Origin: a virus | Taxonomy: Duplodnaviria > Caudoviricetes | IMG/VR virus record: IMGVR_UViG_3300032330_002145 | Span: 1-64,000 of that record | DNA length: 64,000 bases | Direction: 5' to 3' (one strand) | Shown: positions 58,126-64,000 of the stretch, piece after piece | How positions within the stretch are numbered: position 1 is the first letter of the stretch | Layout of the letters: the number at the start of each line of letters is the position of its first letter | Made by a program: the position numbers and the translations under genes | Notes under the pieces: model-generated | What the model saw: only the letters and a program-made list of their open reading frames with translations | What the model was told of the DNA's origin: nothing | Databases searched by the model: none

Positions 58126-59546
58126 GACAATTTATTGGTAATTAATTCATTAATATTTTTATTATAATCAACAAAATGTCCTTGTGTACCATGAGAATCC
58201 ATTTGATAATGTTTAATTAAATTTTGAGTTAAATAAACATCATGTTTGTACATTAAACTAAAGAATGTTGTTGACCTCTCATGTGCATGACCTGCGGTTT
58301 TAATTCCGTAAAGGTTCTCAGCAATTGGTTCAAACCACTTCATATATGAATTGAAAAAATCAACATTCATAGTACTGTTACTGGTTGAAGACCACATCAT
58401 ATTTGGTTTTTTTCTCATATAAGACCTAATGGTTTTTTCCAAGTCAATTTTACATACTTTTTTAATTGACTCAAATAAATCACCTGTCCATTCTTTATTG
58501 TCTATAAAATGAAAATTATTACATGGGAATGGAATATACCCAATCATTTTTTGCCCTTCGAACATTAATTTTGAAATTATACGTTGTAAATTTGGATTGA
58601 TAATAATATCGTATTCAAATAAATTAACGTATTTTTTAGTGATTAGATTATTCTTCCACAAACAGTACCAACCAGTGTAAGCGTTAAATGTTGGGTATTG
58701 TTCAATATTGAACGGTAAATTTCTAGCGATAATAACATTATCTTTTGAATCAATCTTATCAATAGATTTATTACCCAAGAAAACATATTTTAAGTTATTC
58801 AAGTTATTAAACTTACCACTTTGTTCATATTCCAAAATAATATCTTGGTCATGACAAAAAATGAAAGTTTCACAAACATCTACGTTAGTGATATCAATAG
58901 GTAAGTTATCATTATATTTCTCAACAAATTGTTTTCTCTTATCTTCCCATGATTGATTAGTTGCACCAATTGATAAGTGTGTTAAACGAATGTCAGTAGT
59001 TACACCAATTTTAACACCGTCCAAATAATTTGGTGTACAAAAAGATAAATCATAAAAATGAAATCCTTCAAATTGTTCATCAAATTTATGTTTGATTTTT
59101 GTTTTATCAAAACACATAAAAAGACCGTCAATTAAAACAACTTCTTCAGGTTTATTTAATGCCTTTGAATAGGTGCTGGTCCATTTTTTACCTTCATGTT
59201 TATGATTAACAATACCATACATGGTTTGACTTACCTCCCACCATTTTGCGGATGATGGTAAAAATTTAGAACCGGCAACACCAATAATCCCAAACTCAGG
59301 ATTTTTTGAAAAAACTTTTAATAGTTTATTCCCCCAATTATTAGTTTCAAATTCGATATCATCGTGACAAAAAACACAAATATCATTTGAACTTTGGTTA
59401 ATCAATTCATTATAAACTTGAGGTAATGATTTCTCACCATTATTAACAACCTCAATAATTTCTACATTTTTTAAACCACATGTCTTTAAAACATATTCTT
59501 TAAATTGTGGTTTACTCTCTCTTGTGCTATATCCTATTGTAATCAT
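58122..59546 (-). CDS. Two-domain glycosyltransferase (GT2-like plus second GT-A-like domain)
   Basis: YNELI...VFCHDDI, IGVAG, IDGLFM, GFHFYDL; second domain with LFEYDI and AHERS. Confidence 0.75.
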   Translation of the reverse strand: MITIGYSTRESKPQFKEYVLKTCGLKNVEIIEVVNNGEKSLPQVYNELINQSSNDICVFCHDDIEFETNNWGNKLLKVFSKNPEFGIIGVAGSKFLPSSAKWWEVSQTMYGIVNHKHEGKKWTSTYSKALNKPEEVVLIDGLFMCFDKTKIKHKFDEQFEGFHFYDLSFCTPNYLDGVKIGVTTDIRLTHLSIGATNQSWEDKRKQFVEKYNDNLPIDITNVDVCETFIFCHDQDIILEYEQSGKFNNLNNLKYVFLGNKSIDKIDSKDNVIIARNLPFNIEQYPTFNAYTGWYCLWKNNLITKKYVNLFEYDIIINPNLQRIISKLMFEGQKMIGYIPFPCNNFHFIDNKEWTGDLFESIKKVCKIDLEKTIRSYMRKKPNMMWSSTSNSTMNVDFFNSYMKWFEPIAENLYGIKTAGHAHERSTTFFSLMYKHDVYLTQNLIKHYQMDSHGTQGHFVDYNKNINELITNKLS

Positions 59547-60145
59547 ATTCCTGTACTCCCAAAACCGTTATTACCTCTATCTTTTTCTGTAACATCACCA
59601 TTCTCAACTAACTCAACCCATTTCCCATTAACTACAGGACATAAAACCGCTTGAGCCACTTTCATTCCTTTTGGTATCATTACTATATGATTGTTGGTAT
59701 TAAAAAGAATAACTTGAATCTCTCCATTATAACCATTATCAACAGTTCCTGGTGAATTAAGAACCATTAAACCTTGTTTGATTGCCAAACCACTTTTAGA
59801 CCTAACCTGAATCTCATAACCGTCTTTGATATCAAAAGAAAGACCTGTTGGAACCAAGATTCTACCAAAAGGAGGGATTTCCAAATCCTCAACTGAATGT
59901 AAATCAAACCCAGAATCTGAAGGATAATTATATTTTGGTGTGACCGCATCGGGATTTAACTTATGGTAACCCAAAGGTAGTTGAGTAACATCGTTAATCA
60001 TTCTATCTTCCAAATCTTTAATATCAACTCCGAACTCTCTCATGACTTCATCAACGTCAAAATTTTCACCTTCCCGTTCAATCATTTCTTTGAATTCACG
60101 TAATTGACCTGCTAAGTCATTTAATCCATTTAATCCGTTACTCAT
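59543..60145 (-). CDS. dut: dUTPase (trimeric)
   Basis: SGFDL, VRSKSGLA, GTVDNGYNGEI, KVAQAV, DRGNNGFGSTG. Confidence 0.95.
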   Translation of the reverse strand: MSNGLNGLNDLAGQLREFKEMIEREGENFDVDEVMREFGVDIKDLEDRMINDVTQLPLGYHKLNPDAVTPKYNYPSDSGFDLHSVEDLEIPPFGRILVPTGLSFDIKDGYEIQVRSKSGLAIKQGLMVLNSPGTVDNGYNGEIQVILFNTNNHIVMIPKGMKVAQAVLCPVVNGKWVELVENGDVTEKDRGNNGFGSTGI

Positions 60146-60861
60146 GGTAATTGTAATTCTTTAAGTTTTTTTATTATTTCAATTAATACCTTAACATCTT
60201 CTTCACAGTATTTTGAAATTTCTTCTAATTTATTTTCTTCCCAATATGCGTTGTGAACTTTATCTCCTGTAACCTCACCTTGTTTTGATGATTCAATTTC
60301 CATTGAAGCACATAGTAAATCTAATGAACCAATTGATGAGTAGGCTCCATATTGCCAAATTTCTCTTGTATCTATGGCTTTAATCTCCCAAGGCTTTGTA
60401 TCGTAAGATGGTAATATAGATGGTGGCATCAACCCATTGATAATCATTCGTTTAGCTAACATTGGGATATCAAAATTCTTTAGATTATGACCACAAAGAT
60501 GGAAATCCAATTTACCACAACGTTCAAGTAATTTCTGAACATCCTTTAATAAAGTGTATTCGTTTTCATTTGAAAATGTTTGTGTTTTAATATCACCATT
60601 ATCCATAACAAAAGCAACACTCACACAAACAATCTTAGCAAATTCAGGAACAAGTCCAGCTCTTTTTTGAAAGACATAGTTCATCAAGTCTGGTTCAGAA
60701 TCAATATTATCTTCAGGGAATCTTTTTAAAAACCAATCAAAATAGTTTTCAAATTGTTTTGCTAAAGAAGTGTTAAACTCAAGACATTGGTCGTAGTTAT
60801 AACAACCACCAACAGTTTCAATGTCAATAAATAAAATTTTACTAATGGGGACTCTAATCAT
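60142..60861 (-). CDS. PolB/DnaQ-like 3'-5' exonuclease
   Basis: FIDIETV, GHNLKNFDIP, YCEEDV (Exo I-III). Confidence 0.85.
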   Translation of the reverse strand: MIRVPISKILFIDIETVGGCYNYDQCLEFNTSLAKQFENYFDWFLKRFPEDNIDSEPDLMNYVFQKRAGLVPEFAKIVCVSVAFVMDNGDIKTQTFSNENEYTLLKDVQKLLERCGKLDFHLCGHNLKNFDIPMLAKRMIINGLMPPSILPSYDTKPWEIKAIDTREIWQYGAYSSIGSLDLLCASMEIESSKQGEVTGDKVHNAYWEENKLEEISKYCEEDVKVLIEIIKKLKELQLP

Positions 60862-60867
60862 GATTTT

Positions 60868-62121
60868 TTATTTTATAAGGGTTTTATACCATTCTGCTCT
60901 TTCTTTACTAACATTTTTTAAATCGTAAATGTCTTTAACTGTTTCATACAATCTCTCACCCATGTCGGTAATCATATTTGGGTTTTGAACTAACTTCTTA
61001 ATATATTTTGCCCAATCGCTGTGATTTCTATTTTCATCAACCAATAATGCATTACCGTCAACAAAATTACCCTTATCTAATGAATGTTTCAAATCAATAG
61101 TGTACGGACCAACAGATGAAGCGATTAACGCCTTTTTATAGAAACCTGCTTCAATGACTTTAAGTTGTGACTTAACTCTATTGAAAATATGATTTTTAAT
61201 TGGTGCTAATGAAATATCCATCTTAGAATAATTCATTGCGTATGATGTAACAGGTTTAGTCCAAACACGAGAATAAGGTAATGATAATGATGATTCATAA
61301 TTATATTCCTTATATTCCATCAAATATTTTTTATAGTTTTCATCAACAGTTCTATAGTTATCTGTGAAAATTGATTCGTAACTAGACCAAACTGTTTCTT
61401 CAGGTTTGATAGGTCTTTGTTTCTGTTCACCTGTCTGTTTGTTAATTTCGGTCATGGTACCACGAGTATCAAAACCACATAGAACATATTGAACTTTATC
61501 ATTTAAATCACTGTTCTTATTAACAAATCCTTCAAGTAACATTAAATCATGTAAGTGAGATGAACCTCCCAACCAACCAATACGAATTCTATCTGATTCT
61601 AAAGTAGGTTGTTTAAATTGTGGTTCATTAGGGTCGATGGCATTTGGGAAAACAACGACATTTGAATTTATCTTTTTAATCTCATCAGCAAAAACTTTAG
61701 TTGTTGTGGTAACATAACTTGCTTCTTTTAAGTTTGCAACAATCTTTTCATGTATCTTATTTTGAACAATCAGTTGATGAATCGGATGTTCTTTTGTAGG
61801 TAACCAATAATCATCAATATCGACAATTACTACGATACCAATAGACTTTAATAACTTAATGATATTAGGTGTATTGTCGTAGTTATTACCAATGTTTCTA
61901 TGTACATGGACAATCTGATATTGTTTCCAATAGTTGATGTCATTTATTTTTGGTTCGTAATCAATATCCACATGAAAGTCATCAGGATATAAATTTTGTA
62001 ACATTACATGGGGGTCAACGGAACGGAATTTTCCTTAACCAACCCCTGTACGGTCAGATGGGAGTACGAGTACTCTAATCTTTTCACGACCATTCAGGGG
62101 CGAATCTGTTTTTTGAATCAT
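60868..62121 (-). CDS. GT-B glycosyltransferase whose frame is interrupted by one in-frame TAA at codon 29 (recoded or pseudogene)
   Basis: ATG at 62121 gives MIQKTDSPLNGREKIRVLVLPSDRTGVG*GKFRSVDPHV, in frame with called ORF 60868-62004 (IGWLGGSSH, SLAPI, KSQLKVIEAG). Confidence 0.75.
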
Positions 62122-63013
62122 ATTTATTTAGTATTTCTAAAATTTTTTTATTATCGTGTTTTAGGTCACTTTCCCAAATCACTTCTAAATTATAACCAAA
62201 ATTACGAATTAAATCAATCTTATCCTTATCGTAATCCCAAATTTGTTTTGCGGTTTTACCCTTTTTCTGATTGAAATAATTTTCATCATATTTTTTCGGA
62301 TTACAATGCCAATAATCACCAAAATATTCTATAATTAAATTTAAGGATGATATGTAAATGTCACATATTTTAGTATCAACTCTATATGACTGGATAGACT
62401 GAATATTATGTTCTTTTAAAAACTGTATTATTTCTTTTTCTTTTTTTGAGGTAATTCCGGATTTAATTTTACCCAGCCTTCTTGTTTTTTTCATATGTTC
62501 AGACATTAATTTTCTAGTTTCCTCCAATTCCCCACTATTCCATTTCTTTTTTAAATTATCTGAAACTTTTTTTCTCCAAATAGGATTTGACATTGCATTA
62601 TCATTCCCGGTTCCTTTACCTTTTCTTGTTTTAGATAATTTTATTAAAGTTTCTTTTGTATGTTTTTTTCCATAAAAAGGATTACCTTCACCTGTTTGAA
62701 GTTTTAATGAACATGGTTTACATAATGAACTTCCTTTTAATTTGTTTAAATGATTTCTACAACAAATTGTTTTGTCTTTTGATTTTGTTTGGATTGTTTG
62801 ATTACAATTTGGACAAACCCTTTCTACTGAATATTGTTTTCCATCAAATTGAAATTTTAGTTTTGAACACCTGTCTCTTTTCCTAATTAAATTATGTTTA
62901 TTTAATACTTTTAGAATTGTAGGTTTTGACAGACCAACTATTTTTGAAATTTTTAAACTGCTTTTTCCTTTCTTATATTCGGAAATTATTTTGTTCTCGG
63001 TACTTTTATCCAT
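62084..63013 (-). mobile_element. Free-standing homing endonuclease (HTH + NUMOD3 + DUF559/Vsr-like nuclease)
   Basis: GEGNPFYGKKHTKET (NUMOD3), SKKEKEI, CDIYI...IIEYFGDYWH, YD..K...GYNLEVIWESD. Confidence 0.85.
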
Positions 63014-63074
63014 AATAATTTAATTTATAATAGATAAATATCCCGTATTATCAGAAGGTAACTTTTTTATAATA

Positions 63075-63097
63075 AAAAACCCCACCGAAGTGGGGTT
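63075..63097 (-). terminator. Intrinsic terminator with UUCG loop
   Basis: Minus strand aaccccac-ttcg-gtggggttttt. Confidence 0.85.
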
Positions 63098-63105
63098 AAT
63101 TTTTA

Positions 63106-63669
63106 TTATTTCAATTTTTTGATTTTTGTGACTTTTCCTTCAAAGACATGTTTACCAACTTTAAAGTTAAATTGTTCATCAGTTTTACTTGTTGATTCAA
63201 CGAGTAACCCATTTTCAGATAATACTTCTCTAATAGTTTCTCTAATCATTTCTTTTAGACCCAACATCTCAAGTGATGATGGTTGTTGTTGTGGTTGTCT
63301 TGATGATTCTTGAACTTGTGTTTTTTGTGTATTACCCATTAATCTTGAAGCTTTCTCAACTAAATCATTTGATAACGTTGGACCTCCCATTGAGTTTGGT
63401 TGGTTAATTGGATGTTCAATCATTAATCTTTTAATCTCTTCAGGTAATTTTGAAGACATGATTTTAGTTTCATTTAAATCCTGATTAACAGGTCCTTGTG
63501 ATGGTAATTCACTTAAATATTCTTGAGGAATATTAACAGTTGCATCAACTGGCTCATATGATTCAAGCATTGGGGTTGAAGGTAAGCTACCTCTTGAGAT
63601 GTTATTGTGACGGTCCATAATTTGTTTTGAAACCATCAATTTTTTTATTAAATCGTTTTCGTTTTGCAT
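63106..63669 (-). CDS. Conserved hypothetical phage protein
   Basis: 187 aa; SKLPEEIKRLMIEHPI, C-terminal FKVGKHVFEGKV. Confidence 0.7.
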   Translation of the reverse strand: MQNENDLIKKLMVSKQIMDRHNNISRGSLPSTPMLESYEPVDATVNIPQEYLSELPSQGPVNQDLNETKIMSSKLPEEIKRLMIEHPINQPNSMGGPTLSNDLVEKASRLMGNTQKTQVQESSRQPQQQPSSLEMLGLKEMIRETIREVLSENGLLVESTSKTDEQFNFKVGKHVFEGKVTKIKKLK

Positions 63670-63672
63670 TTT

Positions 63673-64000
63673 TTAAGCTAAATTAATTTCTGGTGCTTGG
63701 TCAAAAGTTGCGTTAATAATAACTTCTGCCATTGTTTTATCGCCGTTTGGATTGTAGTTTGGTTTTGCTTCTGTAAAATTTTCACCTGTCGGTTTGAAAG
63801 ATAAAATTTTATCAACTCTAAACATTCTCCATCCTGGTAATGGTTTTTTACCTAAATAACCTCTATGTGAAGCTCCTTCCATATCCCATGCTCTTAACAC
63901 TGGATTACCCTTCCCAAACTTCGATTTACTATAACCGTAACACACAGGCTCAATAGTTCTCAAACCACGACCACCTGGTTCATCACCATCGTAATAGATA
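63673..64000 (-). CDS. WYL-like domain protein, 5' end beyond the window
   Basis: Frame stays open to the edge: IYYDGDEPGGRGLRTIEPVCYG...LRAWD...GWRMFRVDKI. Confidence 0.7.
   Translation of the reverse strand, partial: IYYDGDEPGGRGLRTIEPVCYGYSKSKFGKGNPVLRAWDMEGASHRGYLGKKPLPGWRMFRVDKILSFKPTGENFTEAKPNYNPNGDKTMAEVIINATFDQAPEINLA

Noticed and set aside
62005-63100. Group I intron housing the endonuclease inside the glycosyltransferase
   Set aside because: The endonuclease lies upstream of both GT parts, and only 3-6 nt interrupt the frame; there is no room for a ribozyme core.
2984-63313. Many short overlapping or antisense ORFs in the track (e.g. 2984-3202, 9367-9605, 21199-21801, 34217-34462, 36107-36364, 62008-62274)
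   Set aside because: They shadow longer genes with clear motifs and reflect low-complexity or biased codon usage.
225-63963. Alternative genetic code (TAG or TGA reassigned); I saw no gene clearly ending in TAG
   Set aside because: Core genes are intact under code 11 with no internal TAG/TGA breaks, and TGA ends several genes. The only interruption is one TAA. TAG rarity fits AT bias.

Overview
64-kb segment of a large, AT-rich T4-like (myovirus-type) 'huge' phage, most likely a bS21-encoding phage of Bacteroidota (Flavobacteria-like) hosts. Host inference rests on TAnnTTTG promoters, no Shine-Dalgarno sites and a Bacteroidota-type bS21. The plus strand (about 0.2-30 kb) carries a tmRNA/ClpC/peptidase block and the head module: terminase large subunit, portal, bS21 (antisense), prohead protease, scaffold, major capsid protein, an HNH homing endonuclease and many putative internal head proteins. 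The minus strand (about 30-64 kb) carries three giant modular surface-type proteins with a shared C-terminal domain, a gp5-like baseplate protein, a late sigma factor, PhoH, a ~14-gene glycan-modification island, dUTPase, an exonuclease, a glycosyltransferase interrupted by an in-frame GGT-TAA-GGA, a second homing endonuclease and a WYL-like gene cut by the window edge. Best leads: (1) a possible programmed stop-hop recoding site in the glycosyltransferase; (2) a Cys-rich scaffold/passenger-domain family with a common C-terminal anchor; (3) a capsid-leader plus cargo system; (4) a translation/proteolysis takeover set (tmRNA with a non-canonical tag, N-domain-less ClpC, bS21 keeping Tyr54); (5) a TATTTAT late promoter. 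All family assignments come from motif recognition by eye; no database searches were run.
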